A stretch of 64,000 nucleotides of DNA, taken from assembly GCA_035764935.1 (NCBI GenBank), contig DASTYK010000009.1, forward strand, positions 8,298-72,297, given 5' to 3'. The notes under the pieces are model-generated. The model was given only the letters and a program-made list of their open reading frames with translations. It was not told the origin of the DNA and did no database searches. The stretch's first letter is position 1. Each line of letters starts with the position of its first letter. Origin of the DNA: Longimicrobiales bacterium. Lineage in GTDB: Bacteria > Gemmatimonadota > Gemmatimonadetes > Longimicrobiales > RSA9. Below are positions 8,914 to 18,424 of this stretch, in pieces. The position numbers were made by a program, and so were the translations under genes.

Positions 8914-10753
8914 TGTTGACCGTCACTCCTGCCGTGTCGTGCAGGATGAGCAGGCCCTCGACACGCCCGATGCGCATCCCGGTCGAGTCCGCCTCGACCA
9001 TCAGGTGCCACACCAGCAGCTGGCCCCGGCGCGCACCCGCTGCATCCGTCACGGGGATCAGCGCCTGCTCCGCGCGCAGCGCATCGGACGCCGGTCGATT
9101 GCCGGGCTCGGGTGGAAGCGTCGCGATGAGGCGCGCGAGGTCCGCGTGGACTCGCCGCCCTGCGGCCTGCAGCACGAGGCTCACGGAGTCCGGCGCCTCG
9201 ATGTGCACGGCATACGTCGGCTGCAGGGGCACGTCCCGCCTGCGCATCTCTTCCGGCTCCGGCGACCAGCCGATGCGCCATGCGGTTCCGGCCTGCACGG
9301 GAAACGGCTCCGTCAGCGGCATCGCGGCAAACCGGACGACCGACCCGGCCACGGTCGTGCGGTCCGGCTGCAGCCGCAGGTCCGACGCATAGTCTCGCCA
9401 GCGGCTGTCGAAGTCACGCGCGTAGCGCTCCAGCACCGGGGGCAGCGCGTCGGCGCCGAAGTGTGTGGCAAGGTAGCCTGCGCTGCCTCGCACCTGGTCG
9501 TAGATGCCTGCATCCACGATACGCGGCATCGAGTCCGGCGCTTCGCTCTGCCATGTGCTGTCCGTGGCAGGAATGTCGAGCTGTGCGAGTGCGTCCAGTA
9601 GCCGCCCCTGCTGGCTGCGCTTCGACAGCGCGAGCACGCCCCACGGGCCGACAGCGAAGACCAGCAGCGTGACCGCCAGCGCCAGCGGCACGACATGCAG
9701 GGTAAACGCGCGGCGACGCACGAGCTGAGCGGTCGCGGCGAGGGCGAGCAGTGTGAGGACCGCCAGCACGATCAGGCGGATGAGCCGGAACTCCGTGAGG
9801 CCGTACTGCCCGGTCCGCTGCAGCAGGGCCCAGGCACCGAGCGGCGCGAGCGGCAGGAACAGCGCCGGCGCGATGCGCAGCCAGCGGCCGATGCCGCGTG
9901 CAGCGGGGCGCGGATCGAACAGGAGCAGCCCGAGCGCTGCCAGTCCGCCGGCCGCGAGCACGAGCGGTGATACCAGGTTCTTCGGGATCTCCTGCGTGAT
10001 GAAGATGCGCACCACGTACGCGTACAGGATCACGTAGTAGACGGCCAGGAGGGGCGGCACGAGGAAGAGCGCGATGCGCTGCGCGACGCCTGCGACCGCG
10101 CTCTCCTGTTCGATCGGCCGCACGTAGTCGCGCAGCCCGCCGAGCACGACCCAGGGCACGAGCACGAAGCTGATCCAGCCCCACACGTGGCCGTAGATCT
10201 CGCCGCGCAGGTCCAGCTCGAAGAGCACGTCGATCGCGCGCAACGCCAGCGCCAGGCCGGCGAAGAGTGCGACGCCGTACAGCCCTGCACCGATCAGGCG
10301 CAGCAGTATGCGGCCATCCATGCGCCGCATGCGCTCGACTGCGCTCGCGCGCGCGCCCGCGAACGCGGGCAGTGCGATGAGCCAGGCGACGGCGGCCCAG
10401 ACGAGCAGGAACGCGCGCCAGCGCTCCGCCTCGTACTCGAAATCAGCGACGATCAGTGCATACGCGGCGAACACGACCGCGCCCGCGAGCGTGACGACCC
10501 AGCGTCGCATGGCGCTCCACGCGCCCATGGCGTGCAGCAGCGTTCCCGTCCACGCGACGGCGGCGATGAGCGCGCACGCGACCGCGGTCTCCGTCCACGC
10601 CTGCATCGCGTCGCTGCCCGCCTCGATGGCATACGAGAACGTGAGCGCGACGGTCAGTGTCGCTGCGACCTCGACGGGTGCCTGCCGGACGCCGCGCGCC
10701 GCATCGCGGAGGTAGCGTGCCGCGCGGACACGCAGCGTGACCTTTTCGCTCAC
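8906..10753 (-). CDS. large polytopic membrane protein (DUF4153-like architecture)
   Basis: About 10 N-terminal TM helices followed by a soluble C-terminal domain of about 230 aa. Start set to GTG 10751-10753, which overlaps the OsmC stop (GTGA). The track ORF extends to 10834, inside OsmC. Confidence 0.7.
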   Translation of the reverse strand: MSEKVTLRVRAARYLRDAARGVRQAPVEVAATLTVALTFSYAIEAGSDAMQAWTETAVACALIAAVAWTGTLLHAMGAWSAMRRWVVTLAGAVVFAAYALIVADFEYEAERWRAFLLVWAAVAWLIALPAFAGARASAVERMRRMDGRILLRLIGAGLYGVALFAGLALALRAIDVLFELDLRGEIYGHVWGWISFVLVPWVVLGGLRDYVRPIEQESAVAGVAQRIALFLVPPLLAVYYVILYAYVVRIFITQEIPKNLVSPLVLAAGGLAALGLLLFDPRPAARGIGRWLRIAPALFLPLAPLGAWALLQRTGQYGLTEFRLIRLIVLAVLTLLALAATAQLVRRRAFTLHVVPLALAVTLLVFAVGPWGVLALSKRSQQGRLLDALAQLDIPATDSTWQSEAPDSMPRIVDAGIYDQVRGSAGYLATHFGADALPPVLERYARDFDSRWRDYASDLRLQPDRTTVAGSVVRFAAMPLTEPFPVQAGTAWRIGWSPEPEEMRRRDVPLQPTYAVHIEAPDSVSLVLQAAGRRVHADLARLIATLPPEPGNRPASDALRAEQALIPVTDAAGARRGQLLVWHLMVEADSTGMRIGRVEGLLILHDTAGVTVNND

Positions 10754-11244
10754 GTGCGGGCGGTCGGTGCTGCCGCTGTACGGATCACGGGGTCGTGCAG
10801 GACCGGCACGCTGCACGAGTTGGCGATGAAGCACTGCGCATGCGCGTCGTTGTGCAGGCGCATGGCCAGCTCCGCGTCGTCGTCATCGGCGATCGTGACC
10901 ACCGGTGCCAGGCGCACCTCGGTGAAGCGCGCGGGACCATTGCCGCGCAGGGACAGGGTGCCGCTCACCGAGTCCTCGTAGGCGAGCACGCGTATGCCCT
11001 TGCGCGCGCACAGCGCCAGGTAGGAAAGCAGATGACAGCCCGAGAGCGCCGCGAGGAAGAGGTCCTCGGGGTTGTGCAGATTCGGATCACCGCGGAACAG
11101 CGGATCCGCACTGCCGCGCAGGACCGGCTTGCCGTCCACCGCGAACTCGTAGTCGCGGCCATACCCGTCGTAGGACGCCGTGCCGTCGCCGGTGTTGCCC
11201 GTCCACGTCGTATGCGCCCGGTACTCGTGTGTCGCTTCCGCCAT
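10750..11244 (-). CDS. OsmC family peroxiredoxin-like protein
   Basis: Two conserved Cys contexts (AALSGCHLL and AHAQCFIANS). Start at ATG 11242-11244, 9 nt after GGAGAG. The track ORF is extended spuriously to 11589. Confidence 0.85.
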   Translation of the reverse strand: MAEATHEYRAHTTWTGNTGDGTASYDGYGRDYEFAVDGKPVLRGSADPLFRGDPNLHNPEDLFLAALSGCHLLSYLALCARKGIRVLAYEDSVSGTLSLRGNGPARFTEVRLAPVVTIADDDDAELAMRLHNDAHAQCFIANSCSVPVLHDPVIRTAAAPTART

Positions 11245-11300
11245 GATGGTCATCTCTCCAGGTCGCACCCGCACCGGGGGTGGACAAATGTTCGCACCGG

Positions 11301-12185
11301 TCACGCGGGTCGGTCCGCGTGCTCCGGGAAAATGCAGTCGACCACGTCTGCTACCGGATGGTAGCCCATCCGCTGGTAAATCGAATTGGACACGGGGTTG
11401 GCCAGGTCCGTGTAGAGAAAGCAGTACCGGCTGCCGCTCTCGAGCACCGCTTCGCTCAGGTGTGCAACGCATGCGGACGCATAGCCGCGACCCCGCCACT
11501 CGGGTGGCGTGTAGACGTAGCCGATGCGCGCGCCGTTCGGCGTTTCCGCGGGGACGGCGGCCATGGAGCGGGCCCAGCCGTCCTCCCACAGGAAGACCAC
11601 ACCCTGGTTCACGTACTCCACGGCCACGTGCTCACGATCCCCCATGAGCACGTGCACCTCGTCGGCGAATGCGTTCACCCAGGCACGGACGGTCGGAAGA
11701 TCCGCGTGCGTGGCGGGCCGCAGCCTGCCCGCCGGCATCGACTGCGGCCAGGTGACCGCCTCGAGCTGAAAGATCCGTTGACGCGCGCCCTGCTTCCACG
11801 GCGTGCCGCGCAGCTCGCTCCAGAGCTCCGCAAAGCGCTGCGCGACTCCGTCAGGGCCGAGCACCGCGGGGATCCGCGGGTAGCGCTGTGCCACCGCCTC
11901 GACCACCCGCGGCACTGCGTCCATCGGCATGCGTGTCAGCCCGAGCTTGTGCGGCGGCGTGCGGAACGCGCAACCCGCGACCGCGCCGTCCTGTTCGACC
12001 GAGGCCAGCAGAATCGACGGGTCCTGCGCACCGCCGCCTGCGGCCAGCCCCTGCGCGATCCCGAGGAGCAGGTTGTGCTCCGCCTCCCGCTCGAGGAGCC
12101 AGCCGCCGGCGCGGTCGAGGAACGCCGCGGCGCTGCCGTGTGCGACGACGCCCACGTTGCTCGTGACGGGCTCGTTGCTGCTCAT
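11301..12185 (-). CDS. GNAT family N-acetyltransferase
   Basis: Full track ORF. Acetyl-CoA binding motif PEWRGRGYASACV. ATG overlaps the stop of the upstream esterase gene (ATGA at 12182-12185). Confidence 0.85.
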   Translation of the reverse strand: MSSNEPVTSNVGVVAHGSAAAFLDRAGGWLLEREAEHNLLLGIAQGLAAGGGAQDPSILLASVEQDGAVAGCAFRTPPHKLGLTRMPMDAVPRVVEAVAQRYPRIPAVLGPDGVAQRFAELWSELRGTPWKQGARQRIFQLEAVTWPQSMPAGRLRPATHADLPTVRAWVNAFADEVHVLMGDREHVAVEYVNQGVVFLWEDGWARSMAAVPAETPNGARIGYVYTPPEWRGRGYASACVAHLSEAVLESGSRYCFLYTDLANPVSNSIYQRMGYHPVADVVDCIFPEHADRPA

Positions 12186-13039
12186 TGCGCCTCCGGCGGC
12201 GGCGCGAACAGGGTGCGAAACGCACGCAACGCGGCCGGGTGGTAGATCGTCGCATGCGTCTCCTCCGGCATCGGCTCGAAGTGGGTTCGCAGGTCGGCCG
12301 GTCCGGCCTCCTTCAACAGGGCCGCCAGCCGCGCGGTCAGCTCCGCAATCTCCGGTTCACTGCTGCTCGCCAGCCAGACCGTGCGCCCGCGCAGTGCATG
12401 GCTGCGCTCGGCGGCCCGTCGCAGCAGGCCCGCATCGTTCCACCACAGGCTCGGATCGAAGGCGATATACGTGTCGAAGAGATCCGGCTCCTCGATCAGC
12501 GTCTCGATGATGAACAGGCCGGCCAGCGACTCGCCCACGATCGCGGACTCGTCGGTCGTCGCATAGCGCGCCTCGACGGCCGGCATCAGCTCCGTGCGAA
12601 TGAACTCGCGAAACGCGGCAGAGCCGCCCACGCGCGGCGCAATCGCCCGGTCATCGGGGTTCCCGGTGGGACCCGTTAGATCACGACGACGCTCCGTGTT
12701 CTCGATGCCGACCAGCAGAAACGGCCGCATCGTGCCGTTCATCACGGACACCTGCAGCAGCCCCATGACGTGCAGGAAATCCTCCTGCGTGCCGCCATCG
12801 GGCATGTACATGACCGGCAGTGCAGCGTCGGTCGTATCCCACCACATGTACGGGCGGAACACGTTGATCACGCGCACCTCGTCCAGCACCCGGGAGCGGA
12901 CCGTGAATGTCTCACCGACCGCGAGCGGTGCCGGTATCTGCTGCACGTCGACAGATGGGGCGGACTGCGCTGCCGCAGGAGTCGCGAGCGTTGTCGCAGC
13001 AACCAGCGCCAGGGCCGCCCCAGCCAGTGTTCGTGTCAT
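12182..13039 (-). CDS. secreted alpha/beta hydrolase (esterase, enterochelin-esterase-like)
   Basis: Start at ATG 13037-13039 gives signal peptide MTRTLAGAALALVAATTLATPAAAQ. Nucleophile elbow GESLAG. Confidence 0.8.
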   Translation of the reverse strand: MTRTLAGAALALVAATTLATPAAAQSAPSVDVQQIPAPLAVGETFTVRSRVLDEVRVINVFRPYMWWDTTDAALPVMYMPDGGTQEDFLHVMGLLQVSVMNGTMRPFLLVGIENTERRRDLTGPTGNPDDRAIAPRVGGSAAFREFIRTELMPAVEARYATTDESAIVGESLAGLFIIETLIEEPDLFDTYIAFDPSLWWNDAGLLRRAAERSHALRGRTVWLASSSEPEIAELTARLAALLKEAGPADLRTHFEPMPEETHATIYHPAALRAFRTLFAPPPEAQ

Positions 13040-13159
13040 GATCAGCCCTGGAAGAGAATCCCGTGGCTCCGCGGTGAGCACAGCCACGGCTGCACGATGA
13101 AACGAGCAATGACTGACCAATCCAACAGCCCGCACTGCACCGCCGTGCACCAACGGAAC

Positions 13160-14806
13160 CTATCCTTGTGCCGTCTCATCGCCCCGCCTGAAGCGCTCGA
13201 ACCAGCGCATGAACTCTTCGGCGGCCGCGTCGGAGTATACGATCGGGATCCCCCCCGACGCACGCACCCAGTCCGCATCGTCGTCCTCGAACACGCGGAT
13301 CATGACCGGAACACCCCGGATCGTCTCGAGCAGCCGCTGATTGTCGCGCGGCCGGCGGATCGTCGAGCTGATGATGAGCGCGCGACTCGCTCCCGCAGCG
13401 CGCAGCGTTTCCGGATCCGACGCGTCGCCGCGCACCACCTCGACGTCGCCGCCACGGAGCTGCTCGACGATGTTGGGGTCGTCGTCCACCGCGACGACGC
13501 GGTGCCCGGCAGCGAACAGCGTTTCCAGCAGCGGCAGGCCGCCGGCGCCGCAGCCGAGCAGCAGCACGTGACCGGATGGCAGATCCTCGTCGCCCGCGGC
13601 GGGCTGCAGAGCGCCCGATGCAGCAGGCTCCCCTGAAGCGACGTGCAGCAGGCCGGCAGCATCCGGCACGGGCACGTGCGAACCCCGGTTCCCCGGCACC
13701 AGCTCGAGCGCCCGCTGCACGGTTGCGTCGGACGAGAGCCACGGCGTCAGCACCATGGTCACGACCGTGACGAGAAGCAGCGTCGAAAACGTCTCCTGCT
13801 GGAGCTGCCCGGCCAGCATCCCCTGCAGCACCAGCACGAGCGACAGCTCACTGGTCTGCGCGAGCAGCAGCCCGCTCTCCAGTGCGGAGCGCGTGGTGAA
13901 GCCTGCGCGCTGCGTGACCAGCGCGACGAGCGGCGGCGTGACGAGCAGCACCAGCGCAACAAAGATGGCGGCGTGCAGCAGCGAGCGCGGGCCTGGGCTG
14001 CCGATCAGTCCGCCGAGCGCGATGAAGAAGATGGCCGCGAAGAACTCGTTGATCGGCGAGAGCTGCCCGCGCAGCACGCCGCGCAGGGGGAAGGGCGAGA
14101 GTGCCAGTCCGGCGAGGAACGCACCGGCCGGGATGGAGAGGTCCAGCATCATCGCGAGCGCGACGAACACGGCAAGGACGGCGAGGGCGGTGAGCAGCAG
14201 CGGCTCCGGCTCCAGTGCCAGGCGGGCGATGCGCGGGGCGAGCCAGTACATGCACACGAAAGCGAGCGCGACCAGTGCGGCGATCCCGGCCATGCCCTGG
14301 ACAATGCCGGTCATACCGGTGGGCGCGAACGTCAGCAGCGGGATCGTGAGGATGACGAGCAGGTCCTGCAGCAGCAGCACACCAACCACTACTCGTCCGG
14401 AGGGCTCGTAGAGCTGACGCCGTCGCTGCAGCAGGCGCACGATCACGAGCGTGGAGCTCGCGGCCAGGGCCAGGCCGATATAGACGGCGGGCAGGTTCGG
14501 GTACCCGAGCAGCAGCGCGATGCCCGTGCCTGCGACGCCGAGCACGATGAACTGCGTGACGCCGACCTGCACGGCGATGTCGCGCTGCCCTCGCACACGC
14601 GTCGGGCTCAGCTCGATCCCGGCGACGAAGAGGACCACGGTCAGCCCGTAGACGACCGCATCCTGCAGCAGCTCGACCGGGAACGCGTCGATGCGGGCGA
14701 GCGCCATGCCCGCGACGACGAGAAACGGGATCGGCGCCATGTCGAGCCAGCGTGAGAACGCGAATGCGACGGCCGCGGCCGCGAGCAGAATCGCGAGGCC
14801 GGTCAT
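13160..14806 (-). CDS. CPA2 cation:proton antiporter with C-terminal TrkA-N (Kef-type)
   Basis: About 12 TM helices plus a Rossmann GxGxxG (LLLGCGAGGLPLLETLFAAGHRVVAVDDD). ATG overlaps the stop of the upstream paralog (ATGA 14803-14806). Confidence 0.9.
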   Translation of the reverse strand: MTGLAILLAAAAVAFAFSRWLDMAPIPFLVVAGMALARIDAFPVELLQDAVVYGLTVVLFVAGIELSPTRVRGQRDIAVQVGVTQFIVLGVAGTGIALLLGYPNLPAVYIGLALAASSTLVIVRLLQRRRQLYEPSGRVVVGVLLLQDLLVILTIPLLTFAPTGMTGIVQGMAGIAALVALAFVCMYWLAPRIARLALEPEPLLLTALAVLAVFVALAMMLDLSIPAGAFLAGLALSPFPLRGVLRGQLSPINEFFAAIFFIALGGLIGSPGPRSLLHAAIFVALVLLVTPPLVALVTQRAGFTTRSALESGLLLAQTSELSLVLVLQGMLAGQLQQETFSTLLLVTVVTMVLTPWLSSDATVQRALELVPGNRGSHVPVPDAAGLLHVASGEPAASGALQPAAGDEDLPSGHVLLLGCGAGGLPLLETLFAAGHRVVAVDDDPNIVEQLRGGDVEVVRGDASDPETLRAAGASRALIISSTIRRPRDNQRLLETIRGVPVMIRVFEDDDADWVRASGGIPIVYSDAAAEEFMRWFERFRRGDETAQG

Positions 14807-16428
14807 TCGAAGATGCCCGCTCGGCGGAATGCGTCGGCAATGCGACGCGTGCCGGCCGGCTTGGAAAGGATCAGGTGCGTCGCGCCGGCGTTGAGCAGGT
14901 CGTCTGCCAGCGAGTTGTCGAAGGCGTGGATACTGGTGGGAATGCCGAAAAGCGTGCCCCAGTACGCGAGCAGCTGGTTCGTCTCCTCGATCTGCAGTGT
15001 CGACACGAGCAGCCGGGCGTCGCGCACGCCCGCCTCCTCGAGGAATCCCACGTGCTCAGCATTGCCCAGCATCACGCGGGCACTCAAGCCTTCGAGGTTG
15101 CCCGGCGACGTGTCCACCGCCAGGACATCCTCGCCGGAGTCCACGAGGCGGCGCACGATCCTGCGGCCGAGCGCGTTCATGCCGACCACGATGATGTGAC
15201 CGCGATGCGCCTCCCGCACATCGACGCCGGCGGCACGCGCAGGCCAGTGTCCCAGGATACGCCGCTGCACGAGCCAGTCGTACATCAGCTCGCTGTAGAG
15301 GATCAGGTACGCGGTGACGCCCATGGTCACGGTCGCGATGATCGCGACCAGGGAAAGGATCGGCTGGCCGACATAGCCGATCGAGGCGCCGAGGGCGGCA
15401 AGGACCAGGGAGAACTCGCTGATCTGTGCGACGGCCCCCCCGGTCATCCAGCCGGTGCGATCGCCGTAGCCGAGCCGGATCATGATCCAGAGGAAGAAGA
15501 CCAGCTCCGTGAGCAGGACGAAGGCGGAAAGCACGAGCCCGGGCAACCACTGGTCGGCGGCGGATCCCAGCTCCATGCCTGCACCGAGCGAGATGAAGAA
15601 GACCGCGACGAAGAGGTTCATCAGCGGATTCACGCGACGTCGCAGGTCCTCGTTGAATCGGAGCTGTGCGAGACTGACACCGGCCAGGAACGCGCCGATT
15701 TCCGGAGACAGGCGGAACGCCTCTGCGATCAGCACGAACAGGAAGCACCAGCCGAGGCTCCAGATGAACAGCCCCTCCTGGCTGTGCCCCATCCAGCCGA
15801 ACAGGTGCGGGAGGAGGAACCGCGCCGAGAGCAGTGCACCGGCCAGCAGCAGCAGCATGCCGCCGAAGGAGACCGCCAGCCCACGCACGATCGCGCCGCC
15901 CGTCAGCTGATCCGGATCGCCGAGTCCGGTGAGAAACGTGAGCACCACGATCACCAGCAGGTTCTGCACGAGCGAGATACCGACCGCCACGCGCCCGTGC
16001 AGAGAATTGAGCTGGTTCTTCTGGCTGAGCAGCTTGACAGGCACGATCGTGCTGCTGAACGCGAGCGCGGCGGCGATGAACGCGATCTCCATGGCCGCGT
16101 AGCCGAAGAGCCACGCGATGATCGCCCCGCCGACTGCCGCCAGGATGATCTGGCCGACGCCCGCGAGCACCGCGGTGCGGCCTATGTCGCGCAGCTTGTC
16201 GAGGCTCAGCTCGAGGCCCACGAGGAAGAGCAGGAGCGCGATGCCGGCATCGGCGATGCGCTGCACCGACTCCTGCTCCACGACCAGGCCCGTGAGCGGC
16301 CCGAGAAAGAGACCCGCGAAGATGTAGGCGACGATGGATGGCATGAAGATGCGCCGGGTGAGCAGCACCAGCACGGCCCCGGCGATGAGCATGAGCCCGA
16401 GCTCCCGCAGCGCGGGCACCTCCATCAT
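14803..16428 (-). CDS. CPA2 cation:proton antiporter with C-terminal TrkA-N (Kef-type), paralog
   Basis: Multi-TM Na_H_exchanger-like region plus IIVVGMNALGRRIVRRLVDSGEDVLAVD. Start overlaps the stop of the M1 peptidase gene by 4 nt. Confidence 0.9.
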   Translation of the reverse strand: MMEVPALRELGLMLIAGAVLVLLTRRIFMPSIVAYIFAGLFLGPLTGLVVEQESVQRIADAGIALLLFLVGLELSLDKLRDIGRTAVLAGVGQIILAAVGGAIIAWLFGYAAMEIAFIAAALAFSSTIVPVKLLSQKNQLNSLHGRVAVGISLVQNLLVIVVLTFLTGLGDPDQLTGGAIVRGLAVSFGGMLLLLAGALLSARFLLPHLFGWMGHSQEGLFIWSLGWCFLFVLIAEAFRLSPEIGAFLAGVSLAQLRFNEDLRRRVNPLMNLFVAVFFISLGAGMELGSAADQWLPGLVLSAFVLLTELVFFLWIMIRLGYGDRTGWMTGGAVAQISEFSLVLAALGASIGYVGQPILSLVAIIATVTMGVTAYLILYSELMYDWLVQRRILGHWPARAAGVDVREAHRGHIIVVGMNALGRRIVRRLVDSGEDVLAVDTSPGNLEGLSARVMLGNAEHVGFLEEAGVRDARLLVSTLQIEETNQLLAYWGTLFGIPTSIHAFDNSLADDLLNAGATHLILSKPAGTRRIADAFRRAGIFE

Positions 16429-18194
16429 CGAGTGCCGCCTGCTCCTCCGGCATCAGCGGGCTGATACAGCAGCCAGCCGTCCGGATCGAGGACCATGCGG
16501 TCCGGCGCGCTCGCGGCGGGCACGCGCACCGTGGTCATCCGCTCACGGACCCGCACCGGCACGCGCGTGCTCTCGCCACCGCCAACCACGACCAGCTCCG
16601 TATCGAAGTGGAACACCGGCCACTCCTCGGGCTGCACCTGCTCGATCGTCACGACGATCTCATCCGCCGCATCGTCGTACGTGTGCGTGTGCCGCAGCAC
16701 AGGGTGGCCCGGGCTGTAGACCCATTGCTGGAAGAACGCGCCGAGCTCGCGACCGCTCGACTGCTCGAGCGATCGCCGGAGGTCTTCGCTCAGTGCGGTG
16801 CCATACCGGTGTGCGTTGTAGTAGCGCCGGATGCCGTCCAGGAACGCGTCGTCACCGAGCATCCCCCGCAGCATGTGCAGCACCAGCGCGCCCTTCTGGT
16901 ACGAGTTCGTATTGAGCAGGGCGAACAGGTCGGGCATCAGCGTCGCCGTGGTGTCGACCAGCGGGAACCGTGCGTCGCCGGACTGCAGATATGCCGCGCG
17001 CGCCTGCTCCACCTGCGCGCGGAACGCGTCCGCCCCGTCGGCGTCCTCGAAGAACAGGCTGGCGAAATAGGTGGCGAACCCCTCGGACAGCCACAGGTGC
17101 TGCCAGTTCCGCTCGGTCACGCCGTCTCCGAACCACTGGTGCACGATCTCGTGCGCGACTGTCACCTCGATGTCCTGCCCCTGTGCGATCGCCTGTTCCG
17201 AGTAGAAGATTGCGCCCACGTTCTCCATCCCGCCGAACGCCGTCGCCGACTGCGCGTGATCGAGCTTGGCGTACGGGTAGGGTGCGATCAGCCGGCTGTA
17301 GTACTCGAGCATCGTCCCCGCCCGCCGGAAGCTCGGCCACGCCTTCGCGGAATCCGGCGCGAACGTGTAGAGCCGCGTCGGGACACACGTCCCTGTTCCG
17401 CCCTCGGCACATTCGTCGATCACCGTCTCCGTCAGCGGCCCGGCGCCGATCACCATCGTGTACGTGGGGATCGGCTCGGTCGCCGCGAAACGCCACACAC
17501 CGTCAGTCGGTGGCTGCGTCGGCGCGCGTCCATCGCTGCGCGGACCGTTCGCGATCACGGTCCAGCCCTCGGGTGCGCGCACGGCGAACGACACGCCCGC
17601 CTTGTCGCTCGGGTGATCGATCGACGGGATCCAGAAGCGCGCGCGGTTCGGCCAGTTGTCGGCGAACGCCGTGCGCGTGCCGTGCACGTTGTCACGGATG
17701 ATCAGTGCATCGTCGGGCGTGCCGTCGTAGCGGATCTCGACGCGCAGCGTGTCCGCCGTGATGCCGCCCAGCGGGATGTGCAGGCGACCGGCGTCGTAGC
17801 GGAATGCGACGTCCTGCAGCGTGCTCCGGGCGCGATCCTCCTGCGTCCCGCCCATGCGGATTGCTGCACCGGCACGTATACCGAGCACGCGCAGTCCGGT
17901 GAAATCCAGCACCAGGGTGTCGCCTGTGCTGCCGGTACGCGCGACGTCGATCTGTGTTGTCCCCTGGATGCGCGGCGGTGTCGCCGTGGCCTCGCGAAGG
18001 TCCAGCTCGACCGTGTAATGCAGCGCATCGAAATGGCCAGCGTAATCACCGGGCGCGGGCTTGCGGCCCGCCTCGATCGGCGGCGGTTCCGTCGCGGCCG
18101 ACGCGGGCGGCGGCGCCGGCGTGGTCGGCGGTGGTGCCGCGGTGCAGGCGGCGGTGAGTGCGAGCAGGATCGTACAGGCGGGGCGACGAGGCAT
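16425..18194 (-). CDS. M1 family metallopeptidase (aminopeptidase N-like), lipoprotein/secreted
   Basis: GGMENVG exopeptidase motif and HEIVHQWFG-x18-WLSEGF zinc site. Start ATG 18192-18194 gives MPRRPACTILLALTAAC (lipobox). Confidence 0.9.
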   Translation of the reverse strand: MPRRPACTILLALTAACTAAPPPTTPAPPPASAATEPPPIEAGRKPAPGDYAGHFDALHYTVELDLREATATPPRIQGTTQIDVARTGSTGDTLVLDFTGLRVLGIRAGAAIRMGGTQEDRARSTLQDVAFRYDAGRLHIPLGGITADTLRVEIRYDGTPDDALIIRDNVHGTRTAFADNWPNRARFWIPSIDHPSDKAGVSFAVRAPEGWTVIANGPRSDGRAPTQPPTDGVWRFAATEPIPTYTMVIGAGPLTETVIDECAEGGTGTCVPTRLYTFAPDSAKAWPSFRRAGTMLEYYSRLIAPYPYAKLDHAQSATAFGGMENVGAIFYSEQAIAQGQDIEVTVAHEIVHQWFGDGVTERNWQHLWLSEGFATYFASLFFEDADGADAFRAQVEQARAAYLQSGDARFPLVDTTATLMPDLFALLNTNSYQKGALVLHMLRGMLGDDAFLDGIRRYYNAHRYGTALSEDLRRSLEQSSGRELGAFFQQWVYSPGHPVLRHTHTYDDAADEIVVTIEQVQPEEWPVFHFDTELVVVGGGESTRVPVRVRERMTTVRVPAASAPDRMVLDPDGWLLYQPADAGGAGGTR

Positions 18195-18360
18195 GATCGT
18201 GTTCGTCCGGGAATGGGTTGCCACTTCCTTCCCGCAAGGTACGCGCACAGGGGCGCGGTTACTACTGCCAGTCGGAGTGCGCCGGCGCGCGGCGGGATCG
18301 GTTGTGGGCAGGCATGCGCGGGCGGCGGAGGTGCGCGGGCCGCAGGAATCAACGGGGGCA

Positions 18361-18401
18361 GGAACCAACAGGGCGGACCACGCGCAGCGCGTGGCCCGCC
18401 C
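18361..18401 (-). terminator. GC-rich hairpin just downstream of ADOP permease 1
   Basis: GGGCGGACCACGCG (18371-18384) / CGCGTGGCCCGCCC (18388-18401). The single non-Watson-Crick position is a G-U wobble only on the minus-strand RNA. Followed on the minus strand by UGUUGGUUCC. Confidence 0.45.
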
Positions 18402-18424
18402 CGTCCTGCAGCGCGTGCGAGATG

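Noticed and set aside
14752-16464. 570-aa plus-strand ORF, one of many similar long ORFs (e.g. 3830..5302-, 5071..6903-, 13643..14755+, 16608..18428+, 18218..19930+, 42941..44371+, 46898..48262+, 59648..61657+).
   Set aside because: All lie antisense or out of frame to genes with clear family motifs. Their products are Arg/Ala/Gly/Pro/Asp-rich low-complexity strings with no motifs. This is the typical shadow-ORF artefact of about 70% GC DNA.
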